A stretch of DNA of 64,000 bases from assembly GCA_036141595.1 (NCBI GenBank), contig JAYZXD010000026.1, positions 2,287-66,286 of the forward strand. Reading direction: 5' to 3'. Positions 1-10,600 of this stretch are shown piece after piece. The stretch comes from Bacteroidota bacterium. Its GTDB lineage: Bacteria; Bacteroidota; Bacteroidia; Flavobacteriales; BACL11. The first letter of the stretch is position 1; each line of letters starts with the position of its first letter. The notes under the pieces are model-generated. The model ran no database searches, was not told where the DNA came from, and saw only the letters and a list, made by a program, of their open reading frames with translations. The position numbers and the translations under genes were made by a program.

Positions 1-771
1 CCTGCAGAAGTAAAAATATCTTTTAGCGGCGGAGAACCTCCTTATAATTTTATTTATTCAATTGATGGGACAAATCAAAATCCAATTACTACTAGTGTAA
101 ATCCATACATTGTTAATACATATACAGCTGGATCATATAGTTTAGTTTCTTTTTCTGATGTTAATGAAACAGGTTCCATTTCAGGAAATGCATTGGTAAC
201 AATAAAAGATGCTCCTACAGCTAATTTCATTGGTACAGATGATACTTTAACTATTTTATATCCATCTGTTAGTTTAAGTGATATTTCAGAAGGAAATGTT
301 AGTTCATGGGAGTGGAGCTTTGGAGATAATACAAATAATGAATTTGTGCAAAACCCATTTCATACATATGATTCTTTAGGTATTTATCAAATAAGCTTAG
401 TAGTTACAGATAATGTAGGGTGTCAAGATACTATTAGAAAACAAATTTGGGTAACGGATGAGTATTGGATGTATATTCCTAATTCTTTCACACCAGATTA
501 CGATGGTATAAATGATAAATTCTGTTTACAATATAACGGTATAAGAATAGAAACTTTCTACTTTAATATCTACGACAGATTTTCTAACCTTGTATATGTA
601 ACTGATGATATTACAGACTTAGAATGCCTATTAAATTCTAATGGGTGGGATGGTAAGCATTATGATACAGGTAATGACTTACCTACAGGAGTATATATTT
701 ATGAAGTATATTTTCAAGACTTTGAAGGCTGGAAACACCAAGAGCAAGGTCAAATTTATATAATCAGATAA
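1..771 (+). CDS. Secreted multidomain surface protein, C-terminal fragment (PKD-like domain plus gliding-motility-associated / T9SS type B C-terminal sorting domain); 5' end lies outside the window
   Basis: Frame 1 is open from base 1, with no stop before the listed ATG at 193, so the gene starts upstream of the window. A PKD-like motif is present (WEWSFGDNTNNEFVQNPFHTYDSLGIYQISLVVTDNVGCQD). A CHU_C / type B CTD motif follows (YIPNSFTPDYDGINDKF ... GVYIYEV). Confidence 0.7.
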   Translation, partial: PAEVKISFSGGEPPYNFIYSIDGTNQNPITTSVNPYIVNTYTAGSYSLVSFSDVNETGSISGNALVTIKDAPTANFIGTDDTLTILYPSVSLSDISEGNVSSWEWSFGDNTNNEFVQNPFHTYDSLGIYQISLVVTDNVGCQDTIRKQIWVTDEYWMYIPNSFTPDYDGINDKFCLQYNGIRIETFYFNIYDRFSNLVYVTDDITDLECLLNSNGWDGKHYDTGNDLPTGVYIYEVYFQDFEGWKHQEQGQIYIIR

Positions 772-778
772 CTTCTAA

Positions 779-1585
779 TTATTTATCCCTTTCTAACTTA
801 TCTATCTTTGATTCAAGAGCGTTGAGTTTATTTAGAATTTCATCTTCTTTAGAAAGAATTTCATCTTGATTTTCTAATTGCTCCTTATCATTTTTTGCAA
901 ACTCTGCAGAAACAATACCGGTAGGAACAGCAATGATTGCATAACCAAGCATCATAATTAATACAGCTATGCCTTTACCTAATTCTGTTACAGGAACAAC
1001 ATCACCATAACCAACAGTAGTCAGAGTAACTACAGCCCAGTAAATAGAATCTGGAATATTGTCAAACCCATTTTTCTGTCCTTCAACTATGTACATTAAT
1101 GTTCCTAGAATTATAACAATCAAAGAAATATAGAGAATAAATACAATTATTTTGGGTCTTGATGATTTTAAAGCAATTTCCATTCTATGACCACTTCTCA
1201 AATATGGAGTAAGCTGAAATATTCTAAACACACGAATTAGTCTCATAATACGAATACCAATTAGTGATCCTATTGGAGGATAGAATACTACTAAATAGGT
1301 AGGTATTATTGAAAGTAAATCAATAATTCCCATAGTTGAAAAAATATATTTTCTTTTACTACGTACGCAGTAAATACGAAGAATATATTCAATAGTAAAC
1401 AATACTGTAAACCCCCATTCAATGTCTAATAATAAATCTCCATGCTTTGTATGTATTTTGGACTCGCTATCAAGAATTACTCCAATTACAGACAGTAGAA
1501 TTGCTATGAGAAGAAATATATCAAAAAGTTTACCTGCGCGTGTTCTATATCCAAAAATGACCTCTCTTATTTTATCTTTATACAT
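779..1585 (-). CDS. Voltage-gated (Kv/KvAP-like) potassium channel, six TM segments, with a C-terminal coiled-coil tail
   Basis: 268 aa. The K+ selectivity filter TTVGYGD is present. An S4-like segment has Arg at every third residue (RIMRLIRVFRIFQL). Several hydrophobic helices precede it. The tail is heptad-like and charged (LENQDEILSKEDEILNKLNALESKIDKLERDK). Confidence 0.8.
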   Translation of the reverse strand: MYKDKIREVIFGYRTRAGKLFDIFLLIAILLSVIGVILDSESKIHTKHGDLLLDIEWGFTVLFTIEYILRIYCVRSKRKYIFSTMGIIDLLSIIPTYLVVFYPPIGSLIGIRIMRLIRVFRIFQLTPYLRSGHRMEIALKSSRPKIIVFILYISLIVIILGTLMYIVEGQKNGFDNIPDSIYWAVVTLTTVGYGDVVPVTELGKGIAVLIMMLGYAIIAVPTGIVSAEFAKNDKEQLENQDEILSKEDEILNKLNALESKIDKLERDK

Positions 1586-1601
1586 GCTATGGTAATTTCA
1601 G

Positions 1602-1609
1602 CAAATCTA
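1602..1609 (-). promoter_or_regulatory. Candidate Bacteroidetes -7 promoter box (TAGATTTG on the minus strand) for the K+ channel gene
   Basis: The plus strand reads CAAATCTA, which is TAnnTTTG on the minus strand, 17 nt upstream of the ATG at 1585. No well-spaced -33 TTG was found. Confidence 0.25.
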
Positions 1610-1742
1610 ATTTTTTTTTTGTTATTAATATGAAATTGCAAAAAAATTACATTTTTATCTCTCATTTTAAAGAAAAAACTAAGGTGAAAAATTTATTGCT
1701 GATAAAAAATATCCTAACTTTAGCATTTAAAAATTTATTGAT

Positions 1743-4700
1743 TTGAAGAGCAATTTTCAGATATATCATTCATCTGCTGGAAGCGGAAAAACATATACTT
1801 TATCATTAAGCTTTATTGCTTTAGCGCTACAAGGCAATAATTTTGGTTATAATAATTATTATAGAAGAATTTTAGCAGTCACTTTTACAAATAAGGCAGC
1901 TACTGAAATGAAAGAGAGAGTATTAAAGTATCTAAATGCATTGTCTTTAAAAAAAGATGTTGACGGTATATTGAAGTGGTTGTTAGATAACACTCAGTTA
2001 GATAAAGATGAGATTTTTAATAGATCCAAAGACGTACATCTACATATTCTACATAATTATTCAGATTTAGCTATTTCTACTATTGATAAATTTACTTATA
2101 AAATTGTCAGAACTTTTGCACTTGATTTGGGATTATCTCAAAATTTTGAATTGGAAATGGATAATAAAAAAATTATTCAACCAGTTGTTGCTCTTTTGTT
2201 AAATAAAATTTCAGATAGTGGAGGAGATTTATCAAGCACATTAGTAAATTTTGCATTACAAAAAGTAGAAGACGGAAAAAGTGGCAATATTGAAAATGAT
2301 CTAGAAGAGTTTTCAGAGCAACTATTTAAAGAAAACGCACAAAACTATATTGCCAACAAAAGTAATTTATCTTCATATAAAAAGATTAGAGAGAAATTAT
2401 ACATAGAAAAAAATAATTTATCTTCAAAAATTAAAGAGTTATCTAAAGATGTTTCTATTTTCTTTGATAAGCATAATTTGACCAAAGATTGTTTTAAATC
2501 AGGAATTTTCTATAATCATTTTATTTTAAAGCTTGTTGATAAAGATGATTCAAAATGGCGACCTACTGCTTCATTATTACAAAATATTTCAAATGACATT
2601 TGGTATGCAAAAAGTACTAGAGAAGAACATAAAGATTTAGTAGAAAGCACAAAACATCATTTAATTAATTTTTTTGATAAGTTAATGACCTTACTAACTC
2701 ACTATTATTCTGTTAAGGCAGTATTAAAAAATATATACTCTACAGCACTTTTAAGTGAGTTGACCAATGAAATGATAAGTTTTAAAAAGGAAAATAATAT
2801 TGAACATATTTCTGAGTTCAACAAAAAAATACATCAAATTGTTATACAACAACCATCCTCTTTTATTTATGAAAGAATAGGGGAGAGATATAATCATTAT
2901 TTAATTGATGAGTTTCAAGATACATCCTTGTTACAATGGCAAAATATTTTGCCTTTGGTTACTGATTCTTTAGACATTGGTAAAACAATGATAGTTGGTG
3001 ATGGAAAACAATCTATTTACAGATGGAGAGGAGGTGAAGTACAGCAATTTTCCAAATTACCAGAAATTTACAAAGGAGAGAATTTAAAGTATATCAATGA
3101 TTGGCAAAAAAAGATAAATAGCCACTATGCTTCTTTAAACTTAATTGAAAACTATAGAAGTAGAAAAAATATAGTAGAATTTAATAATATATTCTTTAAG
3201 AATGTCAAAGATATTTTATCAGATGATTTTAGAAGCATTTATGATCATGTTGAGCAAAAAACATCAAAGGCTGGTGAAGGGGGGTATGTTCACTTGGAGC
3301 TTTTTGGTGATAAAGAAAATGATTTTAAACAGTTGATCTTAGATAAGATGGTTGATGAAATTCAAAACCTCACTACATTACATAACTATAATTTTAAAAA
3401 TATAACTATTTTATGTAATAGTAGAAAAAGCGTAAGTCTTGTAGCTGAATATTTTTCTAAAAATGGAATACCTGTTATTAGTAACGAGGGATTGTTACTT
3501 GCAAATTCAGAAGAGATTAAAACCATAATTGCAATTTTACAATACCTTAAAGAAAAACAAAATACCATTGCTAAAGTAGTGATAGCTGAATATTTATTTT
3601 ATAATAATTCAACAACTTCTAAATTAAGTGAAGTTCATCAGCAAATAAAGTCTAACAAAGGATTTTTAGAGTTTTTAAATCAATTTAATGTTTATTTAAA
3701 TCCAATTAAAATTTTACAGTTTACCTTATATGAAATAGTTGAACAAGTTTTAAGTGTTTTTAAAATTAAAAATGACGTTTATATTGATTTCTTTTTAGAT
3801 GCAGTGTTATCTTTTTCAGAAAAGAATGGTAGTTGTATAACTAGTTTTTTATCTTGGTGGGAAGATAGGGTGGAAAAGGAATCTATAGTCGTTCCTGAAG
3901 ATAATAATGCAGTAGAAGTGATGACTATACACAAATCTAAGGGACTGTCTTTTGATATAGTTATGATTCCTTTTAACTGGGAAGACAGAAAAAAAACAAA
4001 TGAAATATGGGTAAATACATCAAATTATTTTGATTCTCAATTACAGACGGCTTTAATTAACAGTAGTAATCAGTTGGAACTTTCATACTTTAAAGAAAAT
4101 TATCAGTTAGAAAAAGAAAAAACTTTGCTCGATTCATTAAACAAGCTATATGTTGCTATGACAAGGCCTGTAGAGAGACTTTATATTTTTTCAAAGTATT
4201 TGCCAAAGAATTTAAAACAATATGAAAAAAAAGAAAATTTAAATTCTTTCTTATATAAATTTAGTGACAAATTTCCAGTTATTAAAGGAGATTATAACAT
4301 GAACTATCACAGTAATAAAAAATTTAAAAATAAGTTTAAAATAAGTGATAAGGATAAGTTAAAATGGAGAGATATAATTTCTGTAAAACATTCTTCTAAT
4401 GATATTTGGGATCTAGAAGATGTAAAAAAGAAAAAAGATTGGGGTAAGTTGCTACATTTAACTTTATCAAAAATAAACTATTTTGAAGACAAAAAAACAG
4501 CTTTAAAAAGCTTATATGATTTAGGCTTCATAACAAAAGAAGATCAAAAGAAATTAGAAGAGACTATTGATAGTATCCTCTCTCATGAAAAAATATATCC
4601 TTATTTTACCAAAGAATGGGAAATTAAAAATGAGCAAGAAATTTTATTGGAAAATGGAGAAACATATATTCCTGACAGAATAGCTTTTTCAAAAACTTTT

Positions 4701-4859
4701 GATAAGGTAGTTATAATTGATTATAAATCTGGAAGCTATTCTGTAGATGATGAAAAACAAGTTGTTGATTATGCAAAAACCCTAAGCTTAATGGGTTATA
4801 AGAACATTGAAAAAATGTTGATTTATACTTCTGAAAATATTAATATCGTTAATTTATGA
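1743..4859 (+). CDS. AddA/RecB-like ATP-dependent helicase-nuclease (UvrD-family SF1 helicase with C-terminal PD-(D/E)XK nuclease)
   Basis: 1038 aa. Walker A is SSAGSGKTYTL and the DExx box is LIDEFQDTS. Further helicase motifs: VGDGKQSIYRWRGG, MTIHKSKGLSFD and YVAMTRP. A C-terminal RecB-type nuclease motif is present (IPDRIAF ... VVIIDYKSG ... QVVDYAKTL). The frame opens after a TAA at 1728-1730, and TTG at 1743 is the only standard start upstream of the Walker A. Confidence 0.8.
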   Translation: MKSNFQIYHSSAGSGKTYTLSLSFIALALQGNNFGYNNYYRRILAVTFTNKAATEMKERVLKYLNALSLKKDVDGILKWLLDNTQLDKDEIFNRSKDVHLHILHNYSDLAISTIDKFTYKIVRTFALDLGLSQNFELEMDNKKIIQPVVALLLNKISDSGGDLSSTLVNFALQKVEDGKSGNIENDLEEFSEQLFKENAQNYIANKSNLSSYKKIREKLYIEKNNLSSKIKELSKDVSIFFDKHNLTKDCFKSGIFYNHFILKLVDKDDSKWRPTASLLQNISNDIWYAKSTREEHKDLVESTKHHLINFFDKLMTLLTHYYSVKAVLKNIYSTALLSELTNEMISFKKENNIEHISEFNKKIHQIVIQQPSSFIYERIGERYNHYLIDEFQDTSLLQWQNILPLVTDSLDIGKTMIVGDGKQSIYRWRGGEVQQFSKLPEIYKGENLKYINDWQKKINSHYASLNLIENYRSRKNIVEFNNIFFKNVKDILSDDFRSIYDHVEQKTSKAGEGGYVHLELFGDKENDFKQLILDKMVDEIQNLTTLHNYNFKNITILCNSRKSVSLVAEYFSKNGIPVISNEGLLLANSEEIKTIIAILQYLKEKQNTIAKVVIAEYLFYNNSTTSKLSEVHQQIKSNKGFLEFLNQFNVYLNPIKILQFTLYEIVEQVLSVFKIKNDVYIDFFLDAVLSFSEKNGSCITSFLSWWEDRVEKESIVVPEDNNAVEVMTIHKSKGLSFDIVMIPFNWEDRKKTNEIWVNTSNYFDSQLQTALINSSNQLELSYFKENYQLEKEKTLLDSLNKLYVAMTRPVERLYIFSKYLPKNLKQYEKKENLNSFLYKFSDKFPVIKGDYNMNYHSNKKFKNKFKISDKDKLKWRDIISVKHSSNDIWDLEDVKKKKDWGKLLHLTLSKINYFEDKKTALKSLYDLGFITKEDQKKLEETIDSILSHEKIYPYFTKEWEIKNEQEILLENGETYIPDRIAFSKTFDKVVIIDYKSGSYSVDDEKQVVDYAKTLSLMGYKNIEKMLIYTSENINIVNL

Positions 4860-7612
4860 CACCTTTTTTAGATAAAATAGCTGCAAGACTAATAGATAAA
4901 TTTTCTTATGATATGAGTAGTGTTGCAGTAGTTTTACCTTCTAAAAGAGCAAAGGTTTTTTTGAAGCATTATATTTCAAAAAAAATTAACCGACCAATTT
5001 TTTTGCCAGAACTATTTTCAATTGAAGAATTTGTTGAGAAGATATCCAATTTAGAGGTTTTAGACAATATATCTTTACAATTTAGACTTTACAAAACTTA
5101 TTTAAAAAATCCTCCTAAGAAGGTTGATTCATTTGATGATTTTTTAAAATGGAGTAGTACTTTACTATATGATTTTAATGAAATTGATAAAAGTTTAGTA
5201 GATGCATCATCAATATATACTAATTTATCAGATATAAAGAAGTTGGAAAGCTGGAGTATTGATAATTGGAGTTTTTCTAACTCTGATTTAACTGTTATGC
5301 AAAACGATTATGTTAATTTTTATGAAGGTATTTTAAAGTGGTATAATGATTTTAGTTCTTCTTTATTATCTGAAAATTTAGCTTATCAAGGATTAGCATA
5401 TAAACAAGCTGCCAATAGTATTCAATCAATGGATAAAGAATGGTCAAGGATTTGGTTTGTTGGATTAAATGCTCTAACTAAATCAGAACAGGTTATATTA
5501 GATTTTTTGAAAAACAAAAATATTGCTCGTGTGTTTTGGGATGCAGATAAGTATTATTATGAAAATGAGATGCATGAAGCAGGTAGTTTTTTAAGAGAAC
5601 AAAGAAGCAAATGGTCAGAGATAGATTTTGATGGAGTAGGAAACTATTTTAAATCAAAAAAAAATAGCTTTAATATAATTTCTTGCCCAAGAAATATTAG
5701 TCAAGCAAAGGTTGCTTCTGAAATTCTATCTTCTTTAGAAGAAATAGATGTTAATGAAAGCAATACCGCTTTAGTATTATCAGATGAATCTCTTTTATAT
5801 CCTGTATTACACAATTTACCATCATCGATACCGATGATTAACGTTACTATGGGTAATCCTTTGAAAGCATCGTCATTATTTTCTTTCTTTGAAGTATTAT
5901 TCGATATACATTTAAATGCTTTAAAATATAAACATGATGGATTTCATATTAGGGACATTAAAAGATTAATACAACACGCTTATTTTAATTTGCTTGTCAC
6001 TTCTGAAGCTATAGAATCTTTTAATAATTATACTAACGAGAGAAATATTGTCTTTATAAACAAGATAGCTATTGATAATATTTTTAAAAACCAATTATTA
6101 AATGATATTTTTCAAAATGATCAAAACCCAAAAGACTTTGTTTTATTATTAGTAAATATTATTGAAGAAATAAGACCACATGTGTTAAGTGATAAAGCAT
6201 CAGTAGAGTCAGAGATTTTTGCTACTTTTTATAGAAGCTTGAACATAATAAATAATTTGTTAGATCAAAGTCAGTTTGATTTTGAGTTAAAAACTTTACA
6301 TGTAATTATGCAACAATTAGTTGCAAAAGAAAGTATACCGTTTAAGGGAGAGCCTCTTAAAGGCTTACAGATTATGGGTATACTTGAAAGTAGAACACTA
6401 GATTTTGATAATGTTATTATGTTGAGTGTAAATGAAGGTAAATTACCAACAGGTAAATCAGTAAACTCTTTTATTCCATATGATTTGAAAAAATATTTTA
6501 AATTACCTACATACTCTGAAAGAGATGCTGTTTTTGCATATCATTTTTACAGATTGTTACAACGTGCTAAGAATGTAAGTTTAATTTACAATTCTGAAAC
6601 AGATGACTTTGGTAATGGAGAAAAGAGTAGATTTATTACTCAGCTTCTTGCTGAATATGATGGGAAAATCAATGAATACGTTTATGATAGAATTTTAGAT
6701 AATAAAATACAAATTAATCAACATATAATTAAAAATGATGGCTTAAAAGAACAAATAAAATTATGGGCAAAAAAGGGTGTTTCTCCATCTGCTTTGAACT
6801 TATATAATAATTGTAGTTTGCATTTTTACTATCATTATTTAGCTGATATTAAAATTAATGATGAACTAACAGAACATTCAGATGAAAGAACGATAGGTAA
6901 TGCTATACATAATACACTCGATGATGTTTATCCTTTGGGTAAACTCAATAAAGATTTTATAAAGAAAAATAAAGATAAAATAATTAATAATTTGATTCTA
7001 AATTTTGAAAAGCTTATGCCTGAAGGTTCAGTTATTTCAGGTAAAAATTATTTAAATTTAGAAATCGCCAAAAAATTAATTAATAACTTTTTAAAATTTG
7101 AAGAAAAACAATTAAAGAAAGCTTCAAGTAATAACAAAGACCTCAATATATTAGCTAAAGAAGATACTTTAGATTACAAAATAGAGTGTGATGGAATCGA
7201 TTTTAATTTAATTGGAACTATTGACAGAATTGATCATGTTGGAGATGAAATTAGAATTATAGATTATAAAACAGGTAAAGTTGATCCTATGGATCTTGTC
7301 TTTTATGAATACGAGGAACTCATAAACGGTAGCAAACCCAAGGCATTACAACTAATGATGTATGCATATTTATACTATAAAAATGCAGTTCATTCAACTA
7401 ATAAAAAAATTAAAGTTGCAAATATTTCATTTAAAAATATACAGACCGAATTAATATATTTATCTAGAGCAGAGTCTAGAAAAAAATCTTCTCCTTTAAT
7501 TATAAACGAAGATGTTATAAATATTTTTGAGAAGATAATAATTAAAGTTCTATTAAGAATAATTAGAGAAGATTTTGTAAAATCTGATGACTATAAATTT
7601 AGTAAATGGTGA
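4856..7612 (+). CDS. AddB-like PD-(D/E)XK nuclease subunit (no motor ATPase motif)
   Basis: 918 aa. Its start overlaps the upstream stop by 4 nt (ATGA), implying one operon. No Walker A is visible. A C-terminal nuclease motif is present (IGTIDRIDHVGDEIRIIDYKTGK ... ALQLMMYAYLY). No C-terminal Cys cluster. Confidence 0.7.
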   Translation: MTPFLDKIAARLIDKFSYDMSSVAVVLPSKRAKVFLKHYISKKINRPIFLPELFSIEEFVEKISNLEVLDNISLQFRLYKTYLKNPPKKVDSFDDFLKWSSTLLYDFNEIDKSLVDASSIYTNLSDIKKLESWSIDNWSFSNSDLTVMQNDYVNFYEGILKWYNDFSSSLLSENLAYQGLAYKQAANSIQSMDKEWSRIWFVGLNALTKSEQVILDFLKNKNIARVFWDADKYYYENEMHEAGSFLREQRSKWSEIDFDGVGNYFKSKKNSFNIISCPRNISQAKVASEILSSLEEIDVNESNTALVLSDESLLYPVLHNLPSSIPMINVTMGNPLKASSLFSFFEVLFDIHLNALKYKHDGFHIRDIKRLIQHAYFNLLVTSEAIESFNNYTNERNIVFINKIAIDNIFKNQLLNDIFQNDQNPKDFVLLLVNIIEEIRPHVLSDKASVESEIFATFYRSLNIINNLLDQSQFDFELKTLHVIMQQLVAKESIPFKGEPLKGLQIMGILESRTLDFDNVIMLSVNEGKLPTGKSVNSFIPYDLKKYFKLPTYSERDAVFAYHFYRLLQRAKNVSLIYNSETDDFGNGEKSRFITQLLAEYDGKINEYVYDRILDNKIQINQHIIKNDGLKEQIKLWAKKGVSPSALNLYNNCSLHFYYHYLADIKINDELTEHSDERTIGNAIHNTLDDVYPLGKLNKDFIKKNKDKIINNLILNFEKLMPEGSVISGKNYLNLEIAKKLINNFLKFEEKQLKKASSNNKDLNILAKEDTLDYKIECDGIDFNLIGTIDRIDHVGDEIRIIDYKTGKVDPMDLVFYEYEELINGSKPKALQLMMYAYLYYKNAVHSTNKKIKVANISFKNIQTELIYLSRAESRKKSSPLIINEDVINIFEKIIIKVLLRIIREDFVKSDDYKFSKW

Positions 7613-7635
7613 AATTATATAGATAATATCAAAAT

Positions 7636-10600
7636 ATGAAATTTAATAAATACATTTCGAAGAGATTAGTTTTGGTATGTGTTATATTTTGTTGTTGCAT
7701 TAACATGTCAGCTCAAGAAAGTGTTTTTGAATTTAGTGAATCATCTTATAAAGTAACAGAAAAAAAAGAGAATTCTATTGGTTTAATTTTTAATAATGAG
7801 GTACTAATTGATAAAATAAATCAAAGTAATATTTGTGAAATCAATTTACCTCTTCTCAATAAACAATTTATTTCAGTTAATCTAGTTGAGTTTTCTATTC
7901 TTGGTCCTCACCATCAGTTGATAATTTCTAGTAATGATGGAAATAAGGTTATTCCTTATGAACAAGGTTTTAAATCCTATCAAATTTTGTTAGATAATTT
8001 ATCTATTGGAACCCTCTTACTCTTTGATGATTCTATAATTGTTACTTATACTTTTAACAAAAAACAATTTGAAATTAATAATGTAGAAAATGAATTTATT
8101 TTATTTGATGTCAATGATTTTTTACATTCAAAAAGTTTTTCATGTCAAGTTGAAGATAAGAAGATAAAAATTTATAATAATAATGAGCAAATAAAATCAT
8201 CATTATCGAATCCAAAATGTATAGAATTAGCAGTTGAAGTTGATAATTACACAAGAAATACTTTTAACTCCACTACATCAACTACAAATTGGGCGCTTGC
8301 TATTATTGCTGGTGTTAGTCAGGTTTACGATAGTGATGTAAATCTTAATATATCTGTTACAACAACGATTATTTGGGAAACTACAGACCCGTATGCTTCA
8401 TATATAAATGATGCTAGTAATATGTTATCTGCTTTAAGAAATCATTGGATTTCAAATAATGGATCAATAAGTAGAGATTTGGTTCATTTAATGACAAAAA
8501 GAAGCAATACAGGTACAGGAGGTATAGCATATTTAGATGGAATATGTAATAATAGTTGGGGGTATGCATTTAGTTCAGATTTAAATAACACTACAAGTTT
8601 TAATTTTCCAAACCCATCATATAGTTGGAATTTAATGGTATGTACTCACGAAATAGGACATAATATAGGCTCAGAACATACACACTGGTGTGGATGGCCA
8701 GGAGGTCCAATAGATAATTGTGTTGATGTTGAAGGAAGTTGTACAAATAACCCAACTCCACAGTATGGAACAATTATGAGTTATTGTCATATTGGTGGAT
8801 ATGGAATAAATATTGATTTTCATCCCATCGTAATTAATAATGCTTTAAATCCTGGAATTAATTCGGCAAGTTGTTTAACTACATGTGATTTCTTTGGGTG
8901 TACTGATGCTAGTGCTTCTAATTTTGATCCAAATGCAACCATTGATGATGGAAGTTGCTTATATATTCCTGTAATAACAGCTATAACTTCAAATGTTTCT
9001 TGTAGTAACGGTTCTGATGGTAGTATTAATTTATCAGTATCAGGAGGAACTCCTCCATATTCATATCTTTGGAATAATGGTGCTACTACTCAAAATCTTT
9101 ATAATATTTCTAGTGGTTATTATAGTGTTACTGTAACTGATGCTTTAGGACAAGTAGAGAATAGTGTGTTTTATATAAGTCAGCCTACTCCAATTATCGT
9201 ATCTTTTTTAGTTGATTCCACTACTAGCTCAGGATATAATGATGGAAGTGTTTCTGTTATTGCTTCTGGAGGAGTTTCTCCATATTCTTTTTTTTGGTCT
9301 GGCCCGAATGGATATACAGCTTCAACTCAAAATATTACAAATATTATTGCAGGAACTTATAATCTATATGTCACAGATGATAATGGTTGTATACAAATTT
9401 TTTCTATTATTGTTCCAGAAGGACAAATTTCTTCACTATCAGTAATTGATAATATTTCAAATATAAGTTGTTTTGGTGAGATTGACGGATCAATTGATAT
9501 AACTGTTAATGGTGGATTACCGCCGTATATTTTTAACTGGAGCAATGGATCATTTAGCGAGGATATATCTAATCTTAGTGCTGGTTCATATACTGTAGTT
9601 GTTAGTGATAATTTTGGTCAATTTATTACTGTTACATATTCTATCACAGAACCCGATTCATTAGATGCATTATTTGTAGTAAATAATGTGTCTTCACTAG
9701 GAGGTAATGATGGTTCCATCGATTTAACACCCACAGGAGGTACACTTCCATACAGTTTTTACTGGACTACAACCCCTATTCAAAATACTGAGGATATATC
9801 AAATCTTTCAGCTGGTACATATAGCGTATATATTGTTGATGCTAATAATTGTTTTATTGGCCTTGATATTGATGTTATTGAAGAAATAGTTCAAAATTGT
9901 AATGTAGATTATCCATCAAATTTATTTAGTTCAGATGTTATTCATGATAGGGCAAGAATTCATTGGGATAACATGAATTCTACCAGCTGTGTTGTTGATC
10001 AGTATAGAATAAATTACAGACCTGTTGGTTCATCTTACTGGTTGCAAAAAACAATGGGGGGACCAATTGGAAGTTGTAATTCAGGAAATCAAAAAACAGA
10101 CAGGATGTTATATGACTTAATACCAAGTACTCAATATGAGGTTAGGATGAAAGCTTGGTACTGTGGCAGTGGAAGTAGTTCATGGTCACCTTTGCATTAT
10201 TTTACAACAGCTGATTCTTGTCCTTTGGTAGAAAATTTTGTTGCAACACCAATTTCTTATACTAAAGTAAGATTTGATTGGGCGTTAAATGGCCAATATG
10301 AATTTCTTAGAATTAAGTTAAGAGAAAATTATGTGGGAGCACCTTGGTTTAATGCAGGTGGTTTTGGCGTTAATTATCCAACTATTACCAAGAACAAAAA
10401 TGGTTTAATACCAGCTCAATCATATAGAGCGCAAGCGCGTACTTGGTGTGATCCTAATGGTGGTGCTTATCGTTCTTCTTTTTGGACAAATCTTGTTTTT
10501 TGGACGATGCCTAATCCTGCAAAGATTGATATATATGAGAAAAAAAAGTTGATCGCTGTAACTGATTTATTAGGCAAAAAAGTTAATTTGAATAAAATAT

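Noticed and set aside
3386-3568. Many 60-110-aa ORFs nested in or antisense to large genes
   Set aside because: Each lies wholly inside a longer ORF with strong family motifs, has hydrophobic or low-complexity AT-rich-codon composition, and has no recognisable domain. Affected ORFs: 3386-3568, 9212-9545, 15060-15305, 16082-16379, 18651-19172, 21719-21904, 23938-24141, 30001-30237, 31864-32118, 33031-33273, 33572-33957, 36982-37218, 43488-43715, 44156-44800, 45842-46544, 47808-48264, 55555-55758, 56672-57007, 60981-61193, 61602-61850 and 63040-63327.
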